A DNA stretch of 64,000 nt from NCBI GenBank assembly GCA_046075565.1, contig JBJTQJ010000004.1, forward strand, positions 18,509 through 82,508, written 5' to 3'. The stretch is from Verrucomicrobiales bacterium (GTDB taxonomy: Bacteria > Verrucomicrobiota > Verrucomicrobiia > Verrucomicrobiales > SLCJ01). Within the stretch, counting starts at the first letter, position 1, and each line of letters starts with the position of its first letter. The translations under genes and the position numbers were made by a program. A model generated the notes under the pieces. The model searched no databases. It saw only the letters and a list, made by a program, of their open reading frames with translations, and had not been told where the DNA came from. Shown here piece by piece: positions 10,786 through 22,746 of the stretch.

Positions 10786-13359
10786 TCAATGGATTTCGAT
10801 GGTCACGCCACGCACGAGGAAGGGTTCGATCCGCAACGTGTTGCGGCCGGGTTTGAGGTGCCGGGTTACATCGAGCCGATAAGGCTTCCCGATCCATCCA
10901 CCGGCGTGCGTCCCGTTGATCCGGATGGCGGCCGCGTCTTCCTGGACATTTGTATCCATTTCGCAGACCAGAACAGCCCGGCGGCCGGGGATCAGCAGTT
11001 CGGACGGGACCTCGATGTTCCCTTGGAAGGCTGTTCCCGCGCACGGGCTTTTCTGGCCTTGCGCAGGAACCGGATACACCACCGGAGGAACGGAGGCGTC
11101 CGTTTGGGCGGGGATCACGGCGAGCGGTTTCGATTTCGATCCGAGACGTGGAGGACGGATCTCCGACCCGCCAAAACGCAGCAGCACGCTCTCCATCGGT
11201 TCAAGGGTAATCTCCACGGCGACACCATCCTTCGTCTGCCGTGACGGGATGCCGGTGATCTCCCCGCTCATGGCATCCCAGACCTCGGGTGCGCCGGTCA
11301 CTCCGGGGATCAACAGCGAGAACTTCCGAGCGCCGCCATCGATATTCTGGTTCGCCAGAAAGACCACATCGCGGCCCTCCCGATCCACCCGGCGCAAGGC
11401 GTGCAGCCAGTTGCCCGTTTCGCCTGAGAGCACGCGAACCAGCGGCGGAACTGCGGCATCATTCATCATGGTTTTGATTTCCTCCGGCGACGGAATTTCC
11501 GGCAGGAAATAACTCCGACCGCCTTGGTCATTCCGTTTGCAAAGAGATGTCCCCGACTTCTCCGGATTTCCCCAGAGCGCATCCCGCAGGGCCGCGATGT
11601 CGGCGCGTGTCTTGCCCGGGGTGAGGGATTTCTCCGGCAGGCGACCGTAGCCGACCACGATGCCACCGGCATCGAAAAACGCCTTCGCCTTCGCCAACGT
11701 GCCGTGAGGCATGGCCTCGGCCGGTGGCACCACGAGCACCCGGTATTTTTCCCCGTGCAAAAGTAATTCTCCTTTTTCGATGCGGGTGACGGCATCCTCG
11801 AATCGCTCGAAGGGCAGCCAATCGCAGTCGTAGAGGGAATCCTGCAATGCGCTGGTCAGATCTTCGGGGGTGGTGTAGACACCGACCTGCCGGGCATTGC
11901 CGCTGAAAAGCACGGCGACGGGACAGACGTGGCGACCACCCGTGAGCATCAGGGAAAGCCTGCTGCTGTAATCCGCCCACACGCGGTATAGCGCGAAACG
12001 CGGCTCGAACCCGCCATTGTAAAAGTAGGGCGGGTAGTCCTTGTCCTGTGGGGCACGTGGATTGAATGAATGCGGAATCATGAAATTGATGCTGCGGAGT
12101 TGGTGTTGATCACACAGCCACCTCATTTGCGGATAGGTGAGATCCTGATCATAACCGCCGAAGATCTCGCACATGGCGATGTCATCGCATTTGCCATAGA
12201 CATGGGAAATCGAACTCCCCAATTTCGGCGTCTGATAGATGTCGTGCGGACGCTTGCCGGGATACATCTGGCGGCAAACGAGATCGATGCCTCCCATGTC
12301 GCTGTATTTCTGCAAGCGCATCATGTCCCCGGCGCAATAAGCAGGATTGAAGTAGAGTCTCCCATGCTCCATGAAATGGCCGATGGAGATGACCCCGCGC
12401 TTGCGGCACCATTCGGAAAGCCCGCCGTAGGTGACACGGCCCTAGGTTTCCGCGCGGGCCTCGGCATACTGGTAGAATGCGGCGTCCTGGGCTTCGCCAG
12501 ACAGTTTGAACTTCCACGCCACGAAGGCGGGCATCCAATCAACCCCCATCGACTTGAAGGTATCGGCAAGTTCGGTGCCCCAGTCGCCCGGAGTCTCGGG
12601 TTCGTCGTAAAAGTATCCGGGAATCGTGCCGCCGAAATCCTTGCCGAATCGTTCATGGTGTGGTTGATAGACCGTCCGGAGATACCCATCGACACAATCG
12701 GCACTCATGCCATCAATCGCATAACGTTTCCCCTGTTTCAGCCTTGGTGCGGTTTCCCAACGGAACTCCATCACCTGCCAATTTCCCGATCCCGAGGGCG
12801 GACTCCACGCCACTTTTCCATCCGCGGCAAGTGGGGAAAGATCGATGAGTGTGGTGGCATCGACCGTGCCATCCGCCTCCAGACGACCGGCAATCATCGC
12901 GACAAAGTTTGGATGTGCGGCGAAGCCTGATTCGCAGGCACCACCCTGCCCGACAGCCACGGCGGAAGCGGTAAGTGCTTTGGCGGCGCGCTCGACCGGG
13001 ACCTTTCCACCAACCGTCTGGCTGGGCCACCAGTCCTCATCGAAGATCCACATTTGCAGGTCATGGCGTTTCGCCGCATCAAGGCAGATGCCCAGATCGC
13101 GATACCATCCCTCGCCCAGCCAATCCTTGTCGGGGCGGGATTCCGCCGTGAAACTGCCATTGCCTCCCTCCGCCACCTTGTCCAGAATCTCGTTGAGACG
13201 CTCGGGCGATTCATCCCCGTGCAGCCAGAACTACGGTCCGGTGAGGCGGCGCGCTGAGTTGGGAAGATCGCGGAATGTTTGTTGCAACGGCTGGGCGGGA
13301 AGACCGGTCAACGAGCAGAGAAGAACCGGCCAACAGAAGGAAAAGAATCGGCTTTTCAC
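10786..13359 (-). pseudogene. GH106 (alpha-L-rhamnosidase-like) hydrolase with two in-frame TAGs, mirror copy
   Basis: Mirror of 32134-34707; stops at 13231-13233 and 12442-12444. Confidence 0.75.
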
Positions 13360-13460
13360 AGAACAAACGATATTTTTATCCTAATAATCGCTTGGACGAT
13401 GCAATCTTTCATTGAATCGTTTCCCGAGACGTAGTAACACCCGCGCTTTGATCCGCCAGG

Positions 13461-14522
13461 CTATTGTTGTTGCTGCTGCTGTTGCTGCAAGTCGTCGTCG
13501 GAGCCGATGTGGTAGGCACCGGGGAAGACGGTCACAGCGGGAGTCGGAACTTCCTCAACGGGAAGGAGATCGGCGTAGAGAACGAAGGTTTCAAAGATGG
13601 CCGCGCCGACGGCGATGAGGCGCGACTGGAAGCGGTCGATGTAGTTGTGCAGTCCTTCATCGAGGATTTCATCGATGCTCGAGAACTCGAGGTCGGCGCG
13701 CAGGCGCCCGGCCAAACGCAAGGCATTGACGGGCAGGGCCGTGCCGCCGGCGGTCAGTTCGGCGACCTGGCGCAGGGCGCGGTCCACCTCAAGCACGCAG
13801 AAGCGCATGGCGCGGGGGAAGGAACCACTGAGGAAGAGGAATTCGAGGATTCGTTTGGGCTCGAGGTGGTTGCAGATGGCGTGGAAGGGATGGTAGGCGG
13901 AACAGGAATGAAGTAACGAGGCCCAGCGCAACGGCGCGGCGGAAGGATGAGGAGGCATCTCCAATCCGAGCGAGGAGCAGACGTCCACCTGACGAGAGGT
14001 CTGGTCGGCGCGTTCGAGATAGGTGCCGAGTTGCAGGAACAACCATTGTTCGCCCCGGCCCATGGTCGAACGGGCGACCCCCTGGAAGAGATAGGAGGCG
14101 CGCATGATCTCCTCGTAGTATTCATTCGGCTGCTGCACGCGCAGGCGTTCGGCTTTCGGCGAATGGAGGAAGAGATGGATGTCGTTGAGGGTGCGCCAGA
14201 ATTCGTCGGAGATCTGGTCGCGCACCATGCGGGCATTCTCGCGGGCAGTGCGCACGCAGTTGCGGATACAAGTCGCATTTTCATCCCGCACACTCAGGTA
14301 TTCGGCGATCCACTCGCTGGTCACGGACGGGTAAAGTTTGGCGTATCCTTCTTCCTCACCCGTGGTCATGAGGATGGGTTCCCAGAAGCTGGCTTCGCCG
14401 CCACCACCGGATCCAGCATCCATGTAGAGCTGGCTGTTGGCATGGAGAAGACGGGCGAGGTTTTCGGCCCGCTCCATGTATCGGGCCATCCAATAAATGC
14501 TGTCGGCGACGCGGCTGAGCAT
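13461..14522 (-). CDS. Alpha-E domain protein with poly-Q tail
   Basis: MLSRVADSIYWMARYMERAEN, LGTYLERAD, FPRAMRFC. Confidence 0.92.
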   Translation of the reverse strand: MLSRVADSIYWMARYMERAENLARLLHANSQLYMDAGSGGGGEASFWEPILMTTGEEEGYAKLYPSVTSEWIAEYLSVRDENATCIRNCVRTARENARMVRDQISDEFWRTLNDIHLFLHSPKAERLRVQQPNEYYEEIMRASYLFQGVARSTMGRGEQWLFLQLGTYLERADQTSRQVDVCSSLGLEMPPHPSAAPLRWASLLHSCSAYHPFHAICNHLEPKRILEFLFLSGSFPRAMRFCVLEVDRALRQVAELTAGGTALPVNALRLAGRLRADLEFSSIDEILDEGLHNYIDRFQSRLIAVGAAIFETFVLYADLLPVEEVPTPAVTVFPGAYHIGSDDDLQQQQQQQQ

Positions 14523-14595
14523 GGGAAATGGGGAATGGGTGGGTTGGGGGACGGAATTCTAGGAATGATTTCGCCCGCATTGCGGGATTGCCATC

Positions 14596-14742
14596 AATGA
14601 CGAAATACCCAAACACCCAAATACCCAATGCATGAAGAAACGCGTAGTCCAGAGCGCCAATATTCCGGAAGCAAGCTGCCCCGCCCGCCGGATTCGGACT
14701 TCGTTCTTCGGATTTCTTTGGGTATTTGGGTATTTCGTCATT
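14596..14742. repeat. Intergenic element with 26-bp terminal inverted repeats, mirror copy
   Basis: Mirror of 30751-30897. Confidence 0.7.
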
Positions 14743-14783
14743 CGTGTTTGTGCCTAAGGGACAGAATGCTGAGTGAGGGTAGA

Positions 14784-16259
14784 CTACGCTCCGGCGGGAG
14801 CCGAGCCGGGGCGGCCGCTGTCGTCCCAGAAGACCCAGGTGTCTTTACTGCCGCCACCTTGGGACGAGTTGACGACAAGCGAACCTTTCTTCAAGGCGAC
14901 ACGGGTGAGCCCGCCGGGCACGACCTTCACCCGTTTGCCATAAAGGATGTAGGGCCGTAGATCGATGTGGCGGCCTTCGAAATGGTCGTCCACGAAAACC
15001 GGATGGCGCGAGAGCGAGAGCACCGGCTGGGCGATGTAGTTGCGCGGATTGGCAATGATGCGGGCTTTGAATTCCTCGCGCTGCGCTTTGGTGGAAGCCG
15101 GTCCCATGAGCATTCCGTAGCCGCCGGATTCATTGACGGCTTTGACCACGAGCTTGCCGAGATTTTCCAAGATAAATGTCCGCTCGTTTTCCTCGGAAGC
15201 GAGATGCGTGGGAACATTCGGGAGGATGGGCTCCTGATCGAGATAGTATTTGATCATCCTCGGCACGTAGGCATAGACGGCTTTGTCGTCGGCGACACCG
15301 GTGCCGATCGAGTTGGCCAACGCGACATGCCCATTGCGGTATGCGCTGACCAATCCGGGCACCCCGAGCATGGAATCTTCACGGAAGACCATGGGGTCAA
15401 GGAAGTCGTCGTCGATGCGCCGGTAAATCACATGCACCTGCACGAGTCCACGCGTCGTGCGCATGAACACGCGGTCGCCACGCACGATGAGGTCACGTCC
15501 TTCGACAATGGGGATACCCATCTGGCGGGCCAGGTAACAATGCTCGAAGTAAGCGCTGTTGTAGACACCGGGCGTGAGCAGGACAATGACCGGGTCCACC
15601 ACTCCGGCGGGAGCGAGATGGGCCAGGGTATCGCGCAGCATGGTGCCGTAGGAATCAACCGGTCGTACGGGCAGTGATTGCAGCAAGTGCGGAAACGCCC
15701 GCTTCATGGCCATGCGGTTCTCGAGCATGTAGGATGCGCCGGAGGGCGAACGGGCATTGTCCTCGAGCACAAAATAGGTGCCGTCGCGGTCGCGCACGAG
15801 ATCGGTTCCGCAGATGTGGATGTAGATATTGTGCGGCACCTGCACGCCGTGGAAGGCTTTGCGGTAATGCGATGCCGATTCAACGACCTCGCGGGGGACG
15901 ACACCATCGTTCACGATGCGTTGGGCGTGGTAGACGTCGTGCAGGAAAAGATTGAGGGCGGTGATGCGTTGGACGAGACCGGCCTCGACCTGATCCCATT
16001 CCGAGCGGGGAATGACCCGCGGCATGAGGTCGAAGGGGAAAATGCGCTCGGTGCCACTTTCATCGCCATAGACGGTGAACGTGACGCCTTGCTTCAAGAA
16101 AGCGGCGTCCGTGGTCACCTGCTTCTGGGCGTAGTCCTCGGGCGAAAGTTTCCCCAGCGCCTTGATGAGGCTTTGGTAATGGGGGCGGGCGTTGTCTTCG
16201 CTGGTGAAGACCTCGTCGAAGAAGTCACCGGGTTCGTAGGATTCAAAAATTCCGGGCAT
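14784..16259 (-). CDS. Circularly permuted type 2 ATP-grasp protein
   Basis: [41 protein letters not shown]...[15 protein letters not shown]. Confidence 0.95.
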   Translation of the reverse strand: MPGIFESYEPGDFFDEVFTSEDNARPHYQSLIKALGKLSPEDYAQKQVTTDAAFLKQGVTFTVYGDESGTERIFPFDLMPRVIPRSEWDQVEAGLVQRITALNLFLHDVYHAQRIVNDGVVPREVVESASHYRKAFHGVQVPHNIYIHICGTDLVRDRDGTYFVLEDNARSPSGASYMLENRMAMKRAFPHLLQSLPVRPVDSYGTMLRDTLAHLAPAGVVDPVIVLLTPGVYNSAYFEHCYLARQMGIPIVEGRDLIVRGDRVFMRTTRGLVQVHVIYRRIDDDFLDPMVFREDSMLGVPGLVSAYRNGHVALANSIGTGVADDKAVYAYVPRMIKYYLDQEPILPNVPTHLASEENERTFILENLGKLVVKAVNESGGYGMLMGPASTKAQREEFKARIIANPRNYIAQPVLSLSRHPVFVDDHFEGRHIDLRPYILYGKRVKVVPGGLTRVALKKGSLVVNSSQGGGSKDTWVFWDDSGRPGSAPAGA

Positions 16260-16358
16260 GGGTATGCCTATTTGTAGCAGAACCCGTGCCGGATGGGGAT
16301 ATATTCAAGCAATCCCCGCGATTTTCCACCCCGGCCAGCCGATGGGCCGGGATTGCCA

Positions 16359-17015
16359 TCACTCGAGGGAGACGACCTCGTCGCCCTGCATGATACTCTC
16401 CTTCGGGGCCATGGAGCCGGGAATCGGGGCGAGGGCCGCCTCGTTGTCCTCGATGCTGTCCCCGACGACCACCCGGCAGATGATCTTGTCTCCCCGACGA
16501 ATGCGGAATTCATCCCGGGGTTCGATGTTCGCATTCCGGCCCGCCGACATGACGGCGACGCCATGCTCGGGGCTGACGAAGGTGATTTTGGCCAGCATGG
16601 GTGCCGACCGGATCTGGGCGATGCGTTGGTCGATCTGATGCTTCAGAGCTTCGTTTTCGCCGGCCATGCGGTCGCGTTCCTCGCTGGCGGCTTCACTCTG
16701 CAAGCGGAGGTTTTCCTTTTCGGCACGCATTTTTTCCAGTTCTTCCGTCACAATGCGGAGCCGTTGTTCCGCCGGCGTTTCTTCCCCGCCGGTCGTTGCG
16801 GTGGCCGGTTGGGCCGGGTTCGAGACGGGATTTCCGGCGGTGTTGTTTGCCGCGGGCGCGGTCGCTGGAGTGGACGTCTTCCCGGTGAGCGCCTCGATGA
16901 GTTTGGCCGTATCCTCGCGCTGCTGGCGCAGGTCCTGTTTGTTGCTCCACTGCGTGTAGCCGAAGACGGCTCCCAAGAGCAGGAGGATTCCAATGAGGAT
17001 GCGGGATTGGTTCAT
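16359..17015 (-). CDS. Hypothetical membrane-anchored coiled-coil protein
   Basis: N-terminal TM helix, Ala/Thr/Pro linker, coiled coil, beta-rich C-terminus. Confidence 0.7.
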   Translation of the reverse strand: MNQSRILIGILLLLGAVFGYTQWSNKQDLRQQREDTAKLIEALTGKTSTPATAPAANNTAGNPVSNPAQPATATTGGEETPAEQRLRIVTEELEKMRAEKENLRLQSEAASEERDRMAGENEALKHQIDQRIAQIRSAPMLAKITFVSPEHGVAVMSAGRNANIEPRDEFRIRRGDKIICRVVVGDSIEDNEAALAPIPGSMAPKESIMQGDEVVSLE

Positions 17016-17116
17016 CAGAAACCCATACACCTCCTCGGGGCCCGTGGCAAGCCGCTTCCGGGAAGATTCGGGGTTGAAGCCGGGCCCATCCTGCGGGTAA
17101 ATGGGAAGTTCCGACC

Positions 17117-18700
17117 ATGCCCAGACTGCTTCCCATTTTCGCCCTTCTCATTGCCGCCGCCGCCCTGCGGTTCCATGACCTGCCCTCGCGGGTCATGCAC
17201 ACCGACGAGGCCATCCATGGGGTGACGGTCGGGCGTCTGCTCGCGGGCGAGGCTTTCAAATACGATCCCAAGGACTACCACGGCCCGACCTTGCACTACT
17301 CGACCCTGCCCGTGGCTTGGGCGCGCGGGCAGCACCGATTCCAGGATTTGGACGAAACAACCCTGCGCGGGGTGACGGCCGGCTACGGCGTGCTCCTCGT
17401 GCTGATGACTTTCCTTTTCCGGAAAGAGCTTGGCGAAGCAGGCGCCGCGTTCGGCGCGGTTTTGGTGGCGGTCTCGCCGATGATGGTTTTTTTCAGCCGC
17501 TACTACATCATGGAGTTGCCGTTCGCGGTTTTCCTCACGCTGCTTGGCTTCGCCTGCTGGCGCTTCACCACGGAGACCGAACCGCGACGGCGTCGCGTCT
17601 GGTGGATTCTAGCCGGGGTCTCGGCCGGGCTTCTGCATGCGACCAAGGAAACCTTCGTCCTGCACGTTGCGGCCATGGCACTTGCCGCCGCAATCGCCGG
17701 TGGACGTGCGAGCATCACGGCTATCCCCGGATTCCTGCAGCGGCATTGGAAAGCCATCCTTGCCTCCTGTGTGCTGGGCTTTGTGCTTTCCGCGGCTTTG
17801 TTGAGCCATGGATTCCGCCGACCGGAAGCGATTTGGGACGGCATCCGCACCTATCTTCTTTATTTGAACCGGGCTGAAGGAACGGATGCCGGCCACAACC
17901 AACCATGGAATTACTATTTCGCGGTGCTGTTTTTCCTCAAGCCAAGCGGCGGGTTCTGGTATTCGGAGATTGGAGTGCTGATTCTCGGCCTCGCGGGAGC
18001 GGTGCGAGCATGGTGGCCCGGAGGTGGTGATGCAAAACGTTTTCCCCGCGCTCTCGCCGCCTACACCATCGCCACCATGGTGATTTATTCGGTGATCCCT
18101 TACAAGACCCCGTGGTCCTTCCTCGCCACCATGCATGGATTGATGCTGCTTTCCGGTTATGCCCTCGCGGGCTGCCTGCCAGATCGCAAAGCGGGCAAAC
18201 CACCCGCTGCCAAACTCGCATTGATGGCCGCCGCGTGCCTGGCCTTTGCCGCAACCATCGCCCATGCTTTGCTCTACGACCGCAGAATGATCACCGAGGC
18301 CCCGGCCGATCCCGAGCAACCCATGGTCTATGGACACACCAGCCAGGAAATCCTCGAACTGGCTCGCCAAATTTCCCAGCTCGAATCCTCCGAAGGCCGC
18401 ACCCTCACGCTCGCCATCGGAGAAGAAGAAAATGGCTGGCCTCTGCCGTGGTATCGGAGGAAAGCACTCGGCTCGAACAGCTATGGCCGCAGCCTCCCCG
18501 ACCTCAAGGAACCACCCGACATCGTGGCCGTATCCACGGACCATTTCCCCGACGCCGCCCAGGCTCTCTTCGCCACCCATCTCTGCAAGAACTACGAAAT
18601 CCGCCCCGGAGTCTCGCTCCATGTCTTTTTCAGGCGCAGCCTGGCCGGACTTCAGGAGCCCGCTACTCCCGTCATGAAGTCGCCCGACAAAGGATCTTGA
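17117..18700 (+). CDS. GT-C/PMT-like membrane protein (TIGR03663/Agl23-like)
   Basis: HTDEAIHG, YDPKDYHGP, ATKET, PYKTPW, many TM helices. Confidence 0.8.
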   Translation: MPRLLPIFALLIAAAALRFHDLPSRVMHTDEAIHGVTVGRLLAGEAFKYDPKDYHGPTLHYSTLPVAWARGQHRFQDLDETTLRGVTAGYGVLLVLMTFLFRKELGEAGAAFGAVLVAVSPMMVFFSRYYIMELPFAVFLTLLGFACWRFTTETEPRRRRVWWILAGVSAGLLHATKETFVLHVAAMALAAAIAGGRASITAIPGFLQRHWKAILASCVLGFVLSAALLSHGFRRPEAIWDGIRTYLLYLNRAEGTDAGHNQPWNYYFAVLFFLKPSGGFWYSEIGVLILGLAGAVRAWWPGGGDAKRFPRALAAYTIATMVIYSVIPYKTPWSFLATMHGLMLLSGYALAGCLPDRKAGKPPAAKLALMAAACLAFAATIAHALLYDRRMITEAPADPEQPMVYGHTSQEILELARQISQLESSEGRTLTLAIGEEENGWPLPWYRRKALGSNSYGRSLPDLKEPPDIVAVSTDHFPDAAQALFATHLCKNYEIRPGVSLHVFFRRSLAGLQEPATPVMKSPDKGS

Positions 18701-18719
18701 ATCCCTAGCCCGTGCCACC

Positions 18720-19130
18720 GCGTTTCCACGGGAAATCCTGACTTTGCGGCGCAGGTTTTGCCCGGTTTTTCCCAAGTTATTCACAATTTACCGACATCCG
18801 ACCCCGCAGACACGCATTTCGCGGAAATTCAAAGAGCGCTTTTCAGAAGCAAGAATTCCCCTTTGGCCCGCCAGGGAACCACTCCTTGGCCCCCAGAGAA
18901 TCGGCGACCATTCTTGTGTTTATAGACAACTCAAAATCAATGGATTAGAGGAGAACCTGCCATTTGACATTCCCTCCCCTTGCACGTGGAACACCGATAG
19001 AATCAATGTGGAACGCTGATCCACCTTTCGCCAAGCCGATCATGCCATTTTCTCTGATTTGCAATGGGAATCCATTCATCGAATCAAGCCAACCAGCTTG
19101 GTGACGTGCCCGTTTCGAGTTATTCACATT
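18720..19130. promoter_or_regulatory. Candidate oriC or DnaA-binding region
   Basis: TTATTCACA at 18777 and 19120, IHF consensus AATCAATGGATTA at 18935, parS-like CCTTGCACGTGGAACA at 18978, in a ~550-bp gap. Confidence 0.4.
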
Positions 19131-19257
19131 CCGGGAGACCAGCGCTGGGCAGCAAGGAAAAATCCCGCATTTCCTGCCGAAACCATTCGACAGAAGGGCA
19201 TGGATCCGCTGTATTTGCGCTCCGAATTCCCCCGCCATATTTCAACCACAGCAATCC

Positions 19258-20529
19258 ATGGCCTACCAGCACCTGACACCACCGACCACCGGCGAAACAA
19301 TCCGCATTGAAAACGGCAAACTCGTCGTGCCCGACCATCCGATCATTCCCTTCATTGAAGGCGATGGCACCGGCCCCGATATCTGGCGCGCCTCCGTCCG
19401 CGTGCTCGATGCGGCCGTGGAAAAAGCCTACGCCGGCAAAAGAAAAATTTCCTGGTTCGAGGTCCTCGCCGGCGAAAAGGCGTTCAATCAGCTCGGCACT
19501 TGGCTGCCCGACGACACCCTGACCGCCTTCCGCGAATACCTCGTCGGCATCAAGGGTCCCCTCACCACCCCGGTCGGCGGCGGCATCCGTTCCCTCAACG
19601 TCGCCCTCCGCCAGATTCTTGACCTCTATGTCTGCCTGCGCCCGGTCCAGTATTTCACCGGCGTGCCCAGTCCGGTCAAACATCCGGAAAAAGTGGATAT
19701 GGTCATTTTCCGTGAAAACACGGAGGACATCTACGCCGGCATCGATTTCCAGGCCGGGTCGGACAAAGCGCTCAAGACGCTCGAGTTCCTGAAGGCCAAT
19801 TTCCCGGATGACTTCAAGAAGGTCCGTTTCGGAGCGGAAGACGTGGCCTCGGTCGGCGTCGGCTTCAAACCGGTTTCCCGTCCCGGCACCGAACGCCTCG
19901 TGCGCTCGGCCATTGAATACGCCATCCGTTTCGGGCAGAAGAGCGTGACGATCGTGCACAAGGGCAACATCATGAAATACACCGAAGGCGCTTTCCGCGA
20001 CTGGGGATATGATGTGGCCAAAAACGAATTCGGCGCGGTCGAACTTGATGGCGGACCATGGTGTGTCATTCCCGAAGGCAAGCCGGGTGCCGGTATCATC
20101 ATCAAGGATGCCATAGCCGACATCACGCTCCAGCAGGTGCTCACCCGCCCTGAAGACTTCGATGTGATCGCCACCCTGAACTTGAACGGCGATTACCTTT
20201 CCGACGCGCTCGCTGCGCAAGTCGGCGGCATCGGCATCGCTCCGGGCGGAAACATCAACTACATCACCGGACACGCCATCTTCGAGGCTACTCACGGCAC
20301 CGCCCCCAAATACGCCAACCTCGATCAGGTCAATCCCGGCTCGGTCATCCTTTCCGGCGAAATGATGCTGCGCTACATGGGTTGGATCGAAGCGGCCGAC
20401 CTCGTGCTCAAGGGACTCAATGGCGCCATCGACAGCAAGAAAGTTACCTACGATTTTGCCCGCCTCATGGAAGGCGCGACCAAGATCAAGTGCTCCGAGT
20501 TCGGAGACAACATCATCGCTCACCTCTGA
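19258..20529 (+). CDS. icd: NADP-dependent isocitrate dehydrogenase
   Basis: [51 protein letters not shown]. Confidence 0.97.
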   Translation: MAYQHLTPPTTGETIRIENGKLVVPDHPIIPFIEGDGTGPDIWRASVRVLDAAVEKAYAGKRKISWFEVLAGEKAFNQLGTWLPDDTLTAFREYLVGIKGPLTTPVGGGIRSLNVALRQILDLYVCLRPVQYFTGVPSPVKHPEKVDMVIFRENTEDIYAGIDFQAGSDKALKTLEFLKANFPDDFKKVRFGAEDVASVGVGFKPVSRPGTERLVRSAIEYAIRFGQKSVTIVHKGNIMKYTEGAFRDWGYDVAKNEFGAVELDGGPWCVIPEGKPGAGIIIKDAIADITLQQVLTRPEDFDVIATLNLNGDYLSDALAAQVGGIGIAPGGNINYITGHAIFEATHGTAPKYANLDQVNPGSVILSGEMMLRYMGWIEAADLVLKGLNGAIDSKKVTYDFARLMEGATKIKCSEFGDNIIAHL

Positions 20530-20548
20530 GCGAAGAAAATTGTCGAAG

Positions 20549-20587
20549 AAAAATGGCGGGTTCCGTGAAGGGGCCCGCCATTTTTTT
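20549..20587 (+). terminator. Rho-independent terminator of icd (possibly bidirectional)
   Basis: AAAAATGGCGGGTTCC-GTGAA-GGGGCCCGCCATTTTTTT. Confidence 0.8.
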
Positions 20588-20810
20588 GTGGTGAAGCGTG
20601 CGGAAAAGTCTTCCATGCACCGATCGATCTGCGCACAAAATCCGGAGGGACACGATCCCGCAGGGTCGTGTCCGTTGCCGGAGCGTGAAGGACACAGAAT
20701 CTCGTTCGAGCATCGGACTCTCCCCAATCGGAATGCGAAGGCATTTCGCTACCCTGGAGTTTCGCGCTTTTCTTTCTGCCGCGCCCGAAAGATTCGCTCC
20801 CCGATTCCTG

Positions 20811-22746
20811 CTATGGCCGGTCCGATGATTTCACCAATCCCCGCAATCCGGCGGCATCGAGTTCGGCATTCGGTTTGAACCCATCTCCTTCCAGATAACG
20901 CAGGATGCTCGCGCGCATGTGCCGTGACGCGGGATCCGCGGCGGCCTCCTCGCGCAAATCAAATGCGCAGGCAAGCAGACGCCCTGGCCCGACCTTGGCT
21001 TCGAACAAATACGCCAACGGACGATTGGTCACCCAATCATCAATGGGACGAACGATCACCGGATGCGATGGCAAATCGCGAAGAATGAAAGGCCGGGCGT
21101 TCCGTTGGACCGACCACCATTGCCAATTCGTGTGCTCACCGGTCGGGAAGGCGGCCAAAGCCGGATGCTTTTGATTAATCAAAAGACCGAGCGTGTGCGG
21201 CGGTTGCCAGTTTGTCCATGCCGTGTTCCAGAACATGGGAGAGAATCCCGCAACCAGCGGTCGTGCCGGATCATCGGCAATTGCCTCGGGCTCCGGCATC
21301 CACCAGACAACCTTACCTTCATCGAGAGCGCGGAGCGCATCCTCGAGCGAACGGGTTTCGACCACGGAAGGAGATCGCTCTGCCTTCACCGTTGGGTAGA
21401 TGAAGACATCACAGTGGTTGCACAAGGTAAGGGTCTCGTCACCAACCACGAGTTGGGCCTGTATCGGCTTCAACACGGCGTTCAAAGGCACGCTGATCGA
21501 GCCGAGTTCATGCAACGCCCCGCGCTTGAGATCCCGTTTCGCGAGAGTTCCGCCCGCGAATGCCCGCCCATCCCAGCGCAGCTCCCATCTCGGGGTAAAG
21601 TCCGTGAAATCCGATGGCCCGAAATGGGAGAGCAACAATCGCGCGGTTAGGTTCTCGTCCGTTGACCAAATCAATTTCGGCAATTCAGCGAGTGGCACGA
21701 CCGGACCGCTGAAGCGGGCGTATTCTTCAGCATTGATGTAACCTTTTTCATCCCAGAAGGCATCGAGCACTCCGACAAGGGCGGTTCCCTTGCCCGGAAA
21801 ATCGTGCAAGTCGAGCAGTTGATATCCACCGAATCCGGGCGTGCGCAATGCGGCTTCGATATCATGTTTGTAACAAGCGGCCTGCCATTTTCCGGAAGCA
21901 CGGAGAAAGTCCGGCGTGAGTTCGAGAATCTTATTGCGCCGGGCCGTCTCCCGGAAGATCTCGAAATTCCGCGCCTTGAAGTAGCCGGTGTATTTTTCGA
22001 TCTCTTTCAAATTGGGATAAACACACCACTGGCCAATCTCATGGGAGACAACGGGAGAATCGGGGTGTTTGCGGATAAATTCGCTCCAATTGAAATCGGT
22101 CGAAGGCGGCTGGGCATTGAGCCGGGATTTCAAGCGCTCGCCCCATCGTTGCAAACGCGGATCGGGGCTGCTGTGGAAATCCGAGCCGGCCGCAACAGGC
22201 CATCCGGCGCCGGTGGTGTAGGCGCGCCGTGAATCCTTGCTCTTCCACTTGGCCACAAAGTCCCGCAGCCACTTGACATGATTTTTCCCGGAAGGCTCAT
22301 TGCCGTAGGCGAAAAGCAGGAAACTCGGATGGTTTCCGTAGGCCTCGACCATCCGTTCGGTTTCGCGTTCCATCCACACGTCGAGGGGACGTCCGCTCCC
22401 GATTTCCGCTCCTTCGTTGGCCCATGAGGACGCCTCCACTTGATAGTAGAATCCGAGTTGATCGGCGGCGAGGAAAGCCACCTCGGGCGGGCACCATGAG
22501 TGGAACCGGATATGGTTCAATCCATGTGCCTTGCAAATCCGGATGATGCGTTTCCAGGATTCCACATCGGTTGGCGGATAACCGGTCAGGGGAAAAATGC
22601 AGCACTCGAGTGTTCCCCGGAGGAAAAGCGGAACACCGTTGAGTGTCCATTGCCCGCCGCTCGAACGGATCTCGCGGAAGCCGAAGGTTGTCGTTTTCTC
22701 GTCGACGGGCATATCGTCGCCGGTAAAGAGTCTTGCCCGCCCTTCA
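20811..22746 (-). pseudogene. GH2-family glycoside hydrolase, 5'-truncated at the palindrome axis (mirror copy)
   Basis: TFGFREI, FLRGTLECCIFP, GLNHIRFHSWCPP, YGNEP, SHEIGQW; N-terminal domain absent. Confidence 0.8.

Noticed and set aside
19120-20727. Long antisense ORFs opposite icd, lepA, the sulfatase, purL and purC
   Set aside because: Typical shadow ORFs in GC-rich coding DNA with no recognisable motifs.
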